A stretch of 64,000 nt of DNA, taken from the NCBI GenBank assembly GCA_031291825.1, contig JARLIG010000009.1, positions 983 through 64,982 on the forward strand. The letters run 5' to 3'. This document shows positions 38,662-47,799 of this stretch, piece after piece. Position 1 is the first letter of the stretch; every line of letters begins with the position of its first letter. Both the position numbers and the translations under genes were made by a program. A model generated the notes under the pieces. The model made no database searches and was not told the origin of the DNA. It saw only the letters and a list, made by a program, of their open reading frames with translations. This DNA comes from Minisyncoccota bacterium (GTDB taxonomy: Bacteria > Patescibacteriota > Minisyncoccia > Phycocordibacterales > UBA9973).

Positions 38662-38922
38662 TTAAAGAAGGTGATGCTCTTTTTTTCTTAATTCATATTT
38701 ATCATCACCAGTATGGATAATAGTAAAATCAGTACTGCCATGATAGCCTTCTGGACGATTTGTTTCAAAATGCGTCACCCCCGTTAAGTGATTATGGTGC
38801 GCAGCCTCTAAAAAAGCCTTAGCATCATCAGGATGGTCGGTTAAAAATTTAACAGCATGCTCCGCAGAATCACTACCATCTGGAATAGTTACTTGTTTAC
38901 CTTGTATATTTATTGTTGCCAT
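38662..38922 (-). CDS. Hypothetical protein (86 aa)
   Basis: Abuts pheS start; His-rich; no family recognised. Confidence 0.65.
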   Translation of the reverse strand: MATINIQGKQVTIPDGSDSAEHAVKFLTDHPDDAKAFLEAAHHNHLTGVTHFETNRPEGYHGSTDFTIIHTGDDKYELRKKEHHLL

Positions 38923-38953
38923 ATATTATTAAGTTAAACTAATAATATAACAA

Positions 38954-39880
38954 TTATATCAAATTTGCCTCTACCTTACTAATCTTCCGACCGTGACGTG
39001 ACAAGACACATCCGCCCATGCAAAAAACGTTTCCATCACCTTTAGTCACACAATTTTCGCAAGCAATAAAATGTCGATGACAAACTGGATTAGCGCAATT
39101 CACGTAATTTTCGGATTGTTCGCCACAATGGTCACATTTACCAATTATTTCATGTTTTGAATCATCCGTATAAAATCCCATCGTCACTCGCCCATCAAAA
39201 ACATATAACTTTCCCTGAAAATCTTCATTGGGGTACTTTTCCATATAACTCACGATTCCCCCATCTAGCTGATACACGTCAGTAAAACCTCCCTTAATTA
39301 AAAATCCAGAAGCTTTTTCGCAACGTACACCACCAGTACAAACCGTTAAGACAATTTTATTTTTTAAATGATAAATTTGTTCCACAACTTTGGGTAAATC
39401 TCTGAAATTTTCAATTGGTGGCAAAATAGAATTTTTAAAATGTCCTACCTTATGTTCGTAAACATTTCTCATATCCACAATGTAAAATTCTTTTCCATTT
39501 TTAATCCATTCATGTAATTCTGCCGGCGCTAAATGCACACCGGTTATTTGATTCGGGTCAATATCGCAAGTGCCTAAATGAAGCGATACAATTTCTTTGC
39601 GAACTTTGATAGACAATCTCGGAAAAGCATTTCCATTACTTGCACTTAGTTTAAAATGAATATTTAAAAACCTCTTATCTTTTTCGAGTTCCTTGATATA
39701 TTCCGCAATATTTTCTTTAGTTCCTTCAAAAGTTATGTTGATACCCTCCTGAGCAATAATACCTCTGCCTTTGAGTTCTAGCCGCGCGCAGATGTCTTCC
39801 TGCCAAGCCTTTACCGCCTCGGGGTCATCAATATGCACATATTTATAAAATAAGATGATTTGGTGCCGTTCTTCATTCAT
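38954..39880 (-). CDS. trhO: Rhodanese-domain tRNA U34 hydroxylase (TrhO/YceA family)
   Basis: LFYKY, EGIN, D.RN.YE..GHF, CTGGVRCEKA, LDGGI..Y, YVFDGR, C-terminal Cys cluster. Confidence 0.88.
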   Translation of the reverse strand: MNEERHQIILFYKYVHIDDPEAVKAWQEDICARLELKGRGIIAQEGINITFEGTKENIAEYIKELEKDKRFLNIHFKLSASNGNAFPRLSIKVRKEIVSLHLGTCDIDPNQITGVHLAPAELHEWIKNGKEFYIVDMRNVYEHKVGHFKNSILPPIENFRDLPKVVEQIYHLKNKIVLTVCTGGVRCEKASGFLIKGGFTDVYQLDGGIVSYMEKYPNEDFQGKLYVFDGRVTMGFYTDDSKHEIIGKCDHCGEQSENYVNCANPVCHRHFIACENCVTKGDGNVFCMGGCVLSRHGRKISKVEANLI

Positions 39881-39909
39881 AGAGATATCTTAACGACAAA
39901 AAGAAAAAA

Positions 39910-42897
39910 TTACAATTGTTTATATATCTCGGCCATTTGGCAATACTCGCACTCTGTATTTTTACCATAGGAATTGTAGTTACAAGGGCGAGCCATCCAT
40001 TCCCCTGTTTTTACCAGATGGTCGTAATCTTTAATATCTTTAATTAGAAGTTCTATCTTCTTCTCATCAATAAAAGTACTGTAAAAATTATCTTTGTCAT
40101 TTTTTGCTTCCAAAAATTCCAAAACTGATTCCTGCACGTTTACTTTATTTTTTCTACTTTCCTTTAAAAGAAAAGAGTACATCGCCAACTGGCGCATATA
40201 ATCGCTCATTCTTCCCTCTTCATTTATCTTTTCTATATCAATTTTCTTGCGAGCATTGCCAGTCTTAAAATCAACCACTCGCACATTTTCTACACCAAGC
40301 TCTTCCACCAAGTCGAGTTTTCCATAAATATTTAAATGTGGGAATTCTTTCGCATGAATGGAGATGCTTTTTTCATTTTCTCTTTTTTCGCTGATTTCTG
40401 GTAATCTACTTTTGACCCATTTAGCAACAATCTTTAAAGCTTCTTTGTTATTCCCCACAAAAGCAATCATTTCTTTTTCCGTCGGAATCTTCTTTAATTT
40501 TAAGATTTTATCAATCGCTCCATGAACAGTATTTCCAAATTCCAAACTTTCACTTTTTGGTTCCGGTAATTTAAGCAGATTCCTAAAATACCATTTACGT
40601 GGACATTCAAAGAAATTATTGAGTAAAGATACAGAAACATTTGTATCGAGATATTCCCGCGCAACCATTTTGGTTAATTTTTCTAAAACATTTTCGGTAT
40701 TTTCTACTTTGGTTGAAATAACATAATTTTTTGGGTCACTCGCAATAATTTTACTCTCAGTTTCCGAAAAAGAAAATTTATTGAAAACTTTAGAAATACC
40801 AGAAACATCTGATACTATTTTAGCCAGTTCCTGCCCTTGTCCGCTGTAAGAAAATCTTGAATAAGATATATTGCAAAATCTTTTAGCTCGAGTAATTGCC
40901 ACATAAAGCTCTCGCTTGGCCGTCATTTCATCTTTGGCCTCTATCTTTGAAGCGACAGAAAGAGGTAAAGTAAAGTTGTTACGCTTTCCTTTCATTAATC
41001 CATTCTCATCCATGTGTGCTATCCAAACAAAATCAAATTCCAAACCTTTAGAACCATGCAAGGTCATCACCTTTACGCCTTCATCACTTTGGAAAACAGC
41101 AAGCGGAACATCTTCCCCATATTCACGAAGTCTTTCAATAAAAGAAATATACTCAGGCAAAGAACTTTTGGATTTTTTATTTTCATTAATATTTTTCTCT
41201 GAAAAAGAAAGTGCTAAGTGAAGCAAAGTCCGAATAACTTCAATTCGACGCATTAGTTCTTCATGATTTTTCGCGGTTTTGATTAAAACCTCATCTCCAG
41301 CCAACTGAATCAAGCCATAAACGTCAGAAGAACTTTGTCCAACAACCAAGTTTTTTAATTTTTCTGCCCAAGCTTTGATTGCTCCATCTTTATTAAACAA
41401 ATCATCTTGCAGAGAAAGCATTTCTTCTAAAGAAATATCTTTGCCATGTTTTTTATATAAATATTCATGTGCTGAAAAAATAGGTATGCCAACAATGGGA
41501 TCCAGTAATGTTTCCGACAAAGAAACTGCATCATTGATGTTCGCACAAATTTTCAAAACCCTAAACAATGTTTCAAATTCCAATGTTTCAAAAAGTGTCA
41601 TATTTTGCATTGAAGCAACCTTGATGCCCATATCTTTTAAAACTCTGATAGCCGAAATCACTTGCCTATTTTTAGGAACCAGCACGGCGCAACTATTAAT
41701 ATCAACTTTATCATTTTTAATTGTTCTGCTTTGCTCACCACCTTCCGTTTTTTCTTTGATTTGTAAACCGCAAGCGATAATTTCGTCACGTGGATAATCG
41801 CATTCAATCAAATTTAAATTATTATTTTCCTTCAAGGTGGCAATTAATTTTTCGGTGGAAAAAGAACTGGAAAGTAAACTGTCGGCGGTATTTAAAATAT
41901 TTTCAGTTGAACGATAATTGTTGGTTAGAAATATTACCTTAGCCTTGCCGAACATTGTTTTAAATTCTTCAAAATGCGACATTTTAGCGCCACCGAAGGC
42001 ATAAATCAGTTGACGGTCGTCACCAACCGCAAAAATACTCGGATGATCTTCTTTTTGCCAAATGGCTTTGAGTAAATCATTTTGCGCCCCGCTTGAATCC
42101 TGGTGTTCATCAATCAAAACATATAAATATTTTTCCTGGATTTCTGCTCGAGCCTCTTCACCTTTTTCCATTATTTCAATCGCATACTTTATGACATCAT
42201 CATAGTCCATCAAGTACTTTTCTCGTTTATGCTTTTCATACAGTTCATAGAAGGTGACAATTTCTTTAGTTCGCTCCAAGCTTTCAATTCTCGTCACAAA
42301 TTCTTTTTTCATTTTTCCCTTACTTTCGCCACGAGTAGAAATGCTATCTTCGTCCCGCTCGATGTGAGATATTTCATCTTCAATTTCTTTTAGAAATTCT
42401 TTCGGCGTCAGTCTTTCCCGCTTTAAAAGAGAAATTAGGGATTTTAATTCTTTAAAATGTCTACCGATGTCTCCTCTCGGACGCAAATACCTCCAATCGT
42501 TTTCACGCAAAATTTCATCGCAGATTGAAACACTCTCCGCATCTTCCAAAATTCTTGGCGCTAAATCAAAATCAAGCAGAGAATAAAACTCTTCCACTAT
42601 CTGCCCTGCAAATTTATGAAAGGTAAGAATATGCACACGGGAAGCTGTGTTGCCAATATATCTGGTGAGCCTATCCCGCATCGCCCGTACGGCGGAATTT
42701 GTAAAAGTCAGACACAAAACTCCATCTGCTCCGATATCTGTTTTTTTTAAAATATTGCCAATACGCAAGGCTAAAATCTGCGTTTTTCCTGTACCTGGAC
42801 CAGCCACAACCATTACCGGACCATCAATGGTTTCTACCGCCTCCTTCTGCGCAGGGTTCAGCTTCTTGTATTCTTCTTCGAATTTTTCGGCAGTCAC
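39910..42897 (-). CDS. UvrD/PcrA-like helicase fused to PD-(D/E)xK nuclease with 4-Cys (Fe-S staple) motif
   Basis: AGPGTGKT, DEHQD, VGDDRQ, NYRS, HGSKGLEF, YVAITRAK; C-terminal ECPRKW, GKLD, DFKTG, QLAMY, C..CEYC. GTG at 42897 likely. Confidence 0.9.
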   Translation of the reverse strand: MTAEKFEEEYKKLNPAQKEAVETIDGPVMVVAGPGTGKTQILALRIGNILKKTDIGADGVLCLTFTNSAVRAMRDRLTRYIGNTASRVHILTFHKFAGQIVEEFYSLLDFDLAPRILEDAESVSICDEILRENDWRYLRPRGDIGRHFKELKSLISLLKRERLTPKEFLKEIEDEISHIERDEDSISTRGESKGKMKKEFVTRIESLERTKEIVTFYELYEKHKREKYLMDYDDVIKYAIEIMEKGEEARAEIQEKYLYVLIDEHQDSSGAQNDLLKAIWQKEDHPSIFAVGDDRQLIYAFGGAKMSHFEEFKTMFGKAKVIFLTNNYRSTENILNTADSLLSSSFSTEKLIATLKENNNLNLIECDYPRDEIIACGLQIKEKTEGGEQSRTIKNDKVDINSCAVLVPKNRQVISAIRVLKDMGIKVASMQNMTLFETLEFETLFRVLKICANINDAVSLSETLLDPIVGIPIFSAHEYLYKKHGKDISLEEMLSLQDDLFNKDGAIKAWAEKLKNLVVGQSSSDVYGLIQLAGDEVLIKTAKNHEELMRRIEVIRTLLHLALSFSEKNINENKKSKSSLPEYISFIERLREYGEDVPLAVFQSDEGVKVMTLHGSKGLEFDFVWIAHMDENGLMKGKRNNFTLPLSVASKIEAKDEMTAKRELYVAITRAKRFCNISYSRFSYSGQGQELAKIVSDVSGISKVFNKFSFSETESKIIASDPKNYVISTKVENTENVLEKLTKMVAREYLDTNVSVSLLNNFFECPRKWYFRNLLKLPEPKSESLEFGNTVHGAIDKILKLKKIPTEKEMIAFVGNNKEALKIVAKWVKSRLPEISEKRENEKSISIHAKEFPHLNIYGKLDLVEELGVENVRVVDFKTGNARKKIDIEKINEEGRMSDYMRQLAMYSFLLKESRKNKVNVQESVLEFLEAKNDKDNFYSTFIDEKKIELLIKDIKDYDHLVKTGEWMARPCNYNSYGKNTECEYCQMAEIYKQL

Positions 42898-42926
42898 ACT
42901 AATATTATATACCAATTAACAAATTT

Positions 42927-43046
42927 AAAAACTCGTTGCAGGCGTACTTTTTAGAAAGCCTTGGGAGTCGCGACGGCGACGGACAGAGAAAATTTTCAGC
43001 AGAAAATTTTTGTGCTTTATAAAAAGTATGCCAAAAAAGAGTTTTT
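42927..43046. repeat. 120-bp intergenic long-stem palindromic element with asymmetric GC core
   Basis: Arms 42941-42959 / 43014-43032 (19 bp, 2 mismatches); outer aaaaactc/gagttttt; inner aaaattttc-agca-gaaaatttt. Confidence 0.75.
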
Positions 43047-43049
43047 TAG

Positions 43050-43454
43050 CTATTCAGTTGTCACTCCATCAAATTCTTCGTCATTTTCTTTCTTTTCTGC
43101 TTCTGCCTTGGTGGCTCGCACAATGCCATCTTTGTGATGGGCTGGAGAATAAAGAGTGTAAAGTTTCAAGTCTTCTGTTCCGGAGGTATTGATAACATTG
43201 TGCTGTGCTCCAGCTGGAACAATAATAGCCGAACCATCTTTAACATCATAATAGTTTCCATCGATAACACATTTACCCATACCTTTCTCAAAACGAAAAA
43301 ATTGGTCATTCTCAGCATGAGTTTCCATTCCAATTTCTTCCATTGGTTTCAGGCTCATTAAAACCAATTGACTATGTTTGCTGGTGTATACAACCTTGCG
43401 AAAATTTGTATTTTCAATGGTGTCTTTTTCAATGTTTGCATTAAATCCTTTCAT
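43050..43454 (-). CDS. Cupin-domain protein
   Basis: QLVLMSL, EIGMETH..DQFF, VPAGAQHNVIN, LYTLYSP.HH. Confidence 0.9.
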   Translation of the reverse strand: MKGFNANIEKDTIENTNFRKVVYTSKHSQLVLMSLKPMEEIGMETHAENDQFFRFEKGMGKCVIDGNYYDVKDGSAIIVPAGAQHNVINTSGTEDLKLYTLYSPAHHKDGIVRATKAEAEKKENDEEFDGVTTE

Positions 43455-43569
43455 AAATTTATTTCCCTTTATTATTGATAAATCTCCGACTTAGTATAAT
43501 TTTACCATAAACACTTTCTTTTTGCGTAAAATAATGTAAATTAAGGGTATTGGATTTTATAAGCATTTT

Positions 43570-43657
43570 GGAGGGTTCGCATAGCGGTCTAGTGCGCACG
43601 CTTGGAAAGCGTGTGTGGAGCAATCCACCAGGAGTTCGAATCTCCTACCCTCCGCCA
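43570..43657 (+). tRNA. tRNA-Ser(GGA), CCA encoded
   Basis: ggagggt/accctcc acceptor, cacgc-ttGGAaa-gcgtg anticodon arm, long variable arm, gttcgaatc T loop, GCCA end. Confidence 0.97.
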
Positions 43658-43658
43658 A

Positions 43659-45914
43659 TTATTTAAGCATCTTCAAGAATTCTTCTTCGCTTAAAATTTT
43701 CACTCCTAATTTTTGCGCAGTCGTAAGTTTGGAACCAGCTTCTTCTCCCACTACAACATAAGAAGTATTTTTTGAAACCGAGCCGGCGACCTTGCCACCC
43801 TGTGCCAAGATGCGTTCTTTGGCTATCTCGCGAGACATCATAGAAAGGGTGCCAGTCAAAACAAAATTCATTCCCGTAAACTTTCCAGCTTTTATTTTTT
43901 CGGCTTTTTCCACCACTACACCATTTTCTTGTAATTTTTTTATAAAATTAAGATTGCCTTTATCTTTGAAAAAATCACTGACACTTTTAGAAACTGCCGG
44001 ACCGATATTTTCAATATTATCTATCTCCGATAAGTCTGAAACCGCAGCAGAGGTTAATTTTTCTAATGTTCCAAAATGACTAGCTAAATCTCGTGCCGTC
44101 TCTTCCCCTACATGCAAAATACCAAGCGCCCATAGAAATTTGGAAAATGGAATCTTCTTTTTGTTTTTTATTTCATTGACTATATTCTCTGCCGATTTTT
44201 CTCCAAAACGTTCCATCGTGGCAATATCTTCTTTTTCCAAGGTGAAAATATCCGCTGCGTCGGTAATCAAACCCTCATCTTTAAAACGTCGCAAAATTTT
44301 TGGACCAAGTTCGTATATTTCAAAAACCGCCACAAAATGTTCTAGATATCTTTCGTTTTTCGCAGGACATTTTGGATTACTGCAATAATAGGCCACTGAG
44401 AGTTCAGCCGATGGTAAATTCCGCTGCTTTCCTCCACCCTGCGGGCGGAACCTTCCGCTAGCGGAATTCTCCATCGGCTTTCCTAGAAGTGGCGAAATTG
44501 AAGATTTCTGAACAGGGAAGGTTCCATCCGAAGGATGGAGTAAACTGGAAGAAATATTTAATTTCGCCACTTCTGCACCACACACAGGACAAGAGCTCAC
44601 CATTTTGAATTTCTTTTCTTTGCCCATTCGCATTTTTGTCAGCACTTCCACAACTTTTGGAATTACATCTCCTGCCTTTTCTATCACCACAGTATCGCCG
44701 ATACGTAAATCCAATCTTTCTATTTGGTCCATATTGTGCAAGGTCGCTTTAGAGACCGTCGAACCAGCCACCACCGTCGGCTCAAAAATCGCCAGTGGCG
44801 TCAAAACACCCGTTCTTCCGACATTAACTTTTATGTCTCTCACAATGGTCGTGGCTCGCTCTGCAGGATATTTAAACGCAGCCATATATCGTGGAGCTTT
44901 ACCGACGACGCCTAAAGTTTCCTGCAATTTCAAATCATCAACTGAGATAACTATTCCGTCCGTACCATAGGGAAAATTTGGACGAATTTTTTCAAATTTT
45001 TTAATGAAGGTTATGACTTCGCTCAGATTCTTACACAAGGCATCATTTGAGTCCACTTGAAAACCTAAACTTTTTAAATACTTATGTTTATCAGAATGTC
45101 TTTGCGGAACAAGAAAAGAATTCTGAACTGAGAAAGTTTCGTTCACAGGATGTAGGAAATTTTTCCCGCTTACTCCACCCTGCGGGCGGAACCTTCCACG
45201 TGAAAAATTTCCTACATTCTGCTCCTCCATTTCCGCAATATCATAAGCAAAAAAATCTAGGTTGCGTTCTTTTGATAAGTTGGGGTCGAGCTGTCGCAAA
45301 CTTCCAGCCGCCGCATTTCGAGTATTAGCAAAAAGCGGTTTGTCCTCACGCTCCTGCTTTTTATTTAAAGCAACCAAGGTTTTCTTAGACATTATTGCTT
45401 CTCCTCTGACTTCTATGTAGGAAGGAAATGGTTTAGGTAAAACCAGCGGTATGGAATGAATGGTTTTTAAATTTTCCGTAATATCTTCTCCGATAAATCC
45501 ATCTCCTCTCGTCGCTCCACGCACAAATTTTCCATCTTCGTAAATTAAAGAAACAGCCAATCCGTCAAATTTTACTTCACAGAAATAACCAAATTTAGCA
45601 CTAGCTGGTAGAAGTTTTTTAATTCTAGTCTCCCAATCACTCAATTCCTCCTCACTAAAAACATCATTAAGGGAAAGCATTCTGGTCTTGTGTTCTACTT
45701 TCACAAACTTATCAAGCGGCTTGCCTGCGACTCTGTTTTCCTCCGCGTTAGCATCATTAAATTCTGGATAAATTTTTAAAAATTCTTTGAGTTCGCGAGT
45801 CAGAGAATCATAGACATCATCCGTCCCTATATCCTTCACATGATAGGAAAAACGCAGACGCGCTATTTCCTCCCGCAATTTTTTTATTCTCTTTTGAGCT
45901 TCAGATTTATTCAT
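43659..45914 (-). CDS. ligA: NAD-dependent DNA ligase with in-frame repeat insertions
   Basis: KFDG adenylation motif, TRGDG, RNAAAGS, VGRTG, C4 zinc finger, HhH, BRCT. Confidence 0.97.
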   Translation of the reverse strand: MNKSEAQKRIKKLREEIARLRFSYHVKDIGTDDVYDSLTRELKEFLKIYPEFNDANAEENRVAGKPLDKFVKVEHKTRMLSLNDVFSEEELSDWETRIKKLLPASAKFGYFCEVKFDGLAVSLIYEDGKFVRGATRGDGFIGEDITENLKTIHSIPLVLPKPFPSYIEVRGEAIMSKKTLVALNKKQEREDKPLFANTRNAAAGSLRQLDPNLSKERNLDFFAYDIAEMEEQNVGNFSRGRFRPQGGVSGKNFLHPVNETFSVQNSFLVPQRHSDKHKYLKSLGFQVDSNDALCKNLSEVITFIKKFEKIRPNFPYGTDGIVISVDDLKLQETLGVVGKAPRYMAAFKYPAERATTIVRDIKVNVGRTGVLTPLAIFEPTVVAGSTVSKATLHNMDQIERLDLRIGDTVVIEKAGDVIPKVVEVLTKMRMGKEKKFKMVSSCPVCGAEVAKLNISSSLLHPSDGTFPVQKSSISPLLGKPMENSASGRFRPQGGGKQRNLPSAELSVAYYCSNPKCPAKNERYLEHFVAVFEIYELGPKILRRFKDEGLITDAADIFTLEKEDIATMERFGEKSAENIVNEIKNKKKIPFSKFLWALGILHVGEETARDLASHFGTLEKLTSAAVSDLSEIDNIENIGPAVSKSVSDFFKDKGNLNFIKKLQENGVVVEKAEKIKAGKFTGMNFVLTGTLSMMSREIAKERILAQGGKVAGSVSKNTSYVVVGEEAGSKLTTAQKLGVKILSEEEFLKMLK
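44406..44479 (-). mobile_element. Family P element in ligA zinc finger (copy A)
   Basis: 20-bp arms with 2 mismatches; core on - strand ggaaggttccgcccgcagggtggaggaa. Confidence 0.88.
44485..44574 (+). mobile_element. Family P element in ligA zinc finger (copy B), opposite orientation to A
   Basis: 25-bp arms with 2 mismatches; core ggaaggttccatccgaaggatggagtaa. Confidence 0.88.
45146..45221 (-). mobile_element. Family P element in ligA adenylation domain (copy C), overlapping a decayed older copy (~45117-45159)
   Basis: 20-bp arms with 1 mismatch; core on - strand ggaaggttccgcccgcagggtggagtaa. Confidence 0.88.
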
Positions 45915-45936
45915 CCCGTTAGAAATTTACCACAAA

Positions 45937-46446
45937 TTAATAAGTAGTGGTCAGTTCGCGGGCTACCGAACCAGCTGGTCCAAGACAGGAACTACCTCCA
46001 ATATTATAACCACTAGCACTAACGGTAGTATGGGGAGAGTTAGTTTTTTTATCTACTTTCACAGCAACACATCCATTACCAGTACTACCAAGACCCGAAA
46101 TAATGAAATTCCAGACCAATGAACCTGAGCCAGCTTCGTTTGCTGTCACAGTACTATTGTTACAAGTGATCTGGGGATTATTACCATCAACAAAAGCCAC
46201 CACAGAGCCATAAGGATTATCGCCATTTGGGTTATCATAAAAAAGCGCACATTCCACACCAGTATCAGCGGCAAAAAAAGCATCATTAGTGTCTATCGCC
46301 GAAGTACTAAAATTATTTTCTTTCAAAGCGATTTGGCCCACACCGAGCGCGATTGATAAAAAAATAGCCGCCAAGGTAACCGCAAAGAGTAACACGAATC
46401 CCCTATTTTCTTTTATTTTTTTAAAAATCATAATAATTAATACCAA
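45937..46446 (-). CDS. PilX-like minor pilin
   Basis: RG|FVLLFAV (no E5), AFFAADTGVECA. Confidence 0.8.
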   Translation of the reverse strand: MVLIIMIFKKIKENRGFVLLFAVTLAAIFLSIALGVGQIALKENNFSTSAIDTNDAFFAADTGVECALFYDNPNGDNPYGSVVAFVDGNNPQITCNNSTVTANEAGSGSLVWNFIISGLGSTGNGCVAVKVDKKTNSPHTTVSASGYNIGGSSCLGPAGSVARELTTTY

Positions 46447-47105
46447 TCAAATAAATTCTCAGAGAGAGTCGTACTAAAATTTTTCGTCCCTTGCTTCCAG
46501 TAAACGATAGCGGAAACTTCTATTTCATTTGGGCTGATTGGGGTCATTTGAATTTGTCGAATAAAACCAGACGGAGAGTCTCCTGCGATTGGACTACTAC
46601 TGCTATAGTATGAACCTGTCGCTGAATGGTAATACAAAATACCGTTAATTGCGCCACTAGCGCAATTAGAGACAGAACAAGTATGGATACTTAAATTATT
46701 CATCGGCCAATTTGATGGACTATTGACAATTACACCCGTACTATCAAAGGTACATTCGTTACTACTGGCACATATAGTATTACCCATAGAACCGCCAATA
46801 GTTTTATTTTCAAAATTAACCCAGCCGAGCGTACTCGGAGACTGTGAATCATAGAAAACATAATCATCACGCAGATTTCTTATATATTCAATTCCCTCTT
46901 GCGCCAAATATCCAGCAATCATTTTATTTTTGGCATACGTTGTGTTGGTAATACCTGTAGCCATAACCGACAATAATCCTAGAATTGACATAGAAAAAAT
47001 CGCGATTGCCACCAGCGTTTCCACCAATGTAAATCCGCCTTGACTCGCTTTCGCTCGCTCTTGCGAGACAGTTCTTCTCTTTTTTTGTATAAATTTCTTT
47101 TTCAT
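46437..47105 (-). CDS. Minor pilin (PilV-like)
   Basis: G|FTLVE N-methylation motif, LAQEGIE.IRN.RD. Confidence 0.85.
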   Translation of the reverse strand: MKKKFIQKKRRTVSQERAKASQGGFTLVETLVAIAIFSMSILGLLSVMATGITNTTYAKNKMIAGYLAQEGIEYIRNLRDDYVFYDSQSPSTLGWVNFENKTIGGSMGNTICASSNECTFDSTGVIVNSPSNWPMNNLSIHTCSVSNCASGAINGILYYHSATGSYYSSSSPIAGDSPSGFIRQIQMTPISPNEIEVSAIVYWKQGTKNFSTTLSENLFDWY

Positions 47106-47108
47106 ATC

Positions 47109-47798
47109 TTATATATCTGTGGCTCTCTGGGAAACAGATGTTTGCAGAGAAAAAGGCGTAACAATTGGATTGTTTTTATTAGGAGCATAAGTTATTGTTC
47201 CAACTAAATGAATAATTACAAAAGGCTGTTGATAGTCACCAGACGAAGGAGATTCAGCGCCCAAGACTGAAAAACTAGAAGCGGAAGTATCGATAGTCAC
47301 TTCGGCTGGGGTTAATTGAACAAAAGTTTGTCCTCCGTCTGTTGATTTTGAAATCATTCCATTGTGAATGAGGTAAGCCCATTGGTCAGCTATGGCAGGA
47401 CACAGGCCTAAAGCAAAATTTGAGGCAGAGCAACCATAACTATTAGGATTACCATTTGCTGGTTCAAAAGCTAAGGCCCAACCACTTGGACAACTTCTAG
47501 GATAACCAGCGCTAGTAGTAGATAAAGAAACAGTGGGGTGTGATGAATCAAAACATTGATAATTATATCCAGTTCTTAAATTCCTAGACATATCTTCGAT
47601 GGTAAAACTCAGATTGTCCATAATTGAACGCATGTCTTTAGACTTATTGTAAAGCGCATTAGCGTTCAACAAAGCACCCATGCCGATAGTGACCACAACA
47701 ATAAAAAGCGCCACCGCGATTAGTGTTTCTATCAATGTATAACCTTTATTTTTTTGCTTGCCCCGCCATGGCGGGGTGAAGTTGAAATTTTTTTTCAT
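47109..47798 (-). CDS. Minor pilin (PilW-like)
   Basis: G|YTLIE motif. Confidence 0.85.
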   Translation of the reverse strand: MKKNFNFTPPWRGKQKNKGYTLIETLIAVALFIVVVTIGMGALLNANALYNKSKDMRSIMDNLSFTIEDMSRNLRTGYNYQCFDSSHPTVSLSTTSAGYPRSCPSGWALAFEPANGNPNSYGCSASNFALGLCPAIADQWAYLIHNGMISKSTDGGQTFVQLTPAEVTIDTSASSFSVLGAESPSSGDYQQPFVIIHLVGTITYAPNKNNPIVTPFSLQTSVSQRATDI

Positions 47799-47799
47799 A

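Noticed and set aside
43570-43660. tRNA-Ser as an island integration site
   Set aside because: No integrase or duplicated tRNA 3' end noticed; ligA ends 1 bp away.
44406-45221. Inteins or introns as the explanation for LigA/PheS/PheT inserts
   Set aside because: Inserts are only ~25-55 aa, lack Cys/Ser..His-Asn splice motifs and group I/II cores, and are explained by DNA palindromes.
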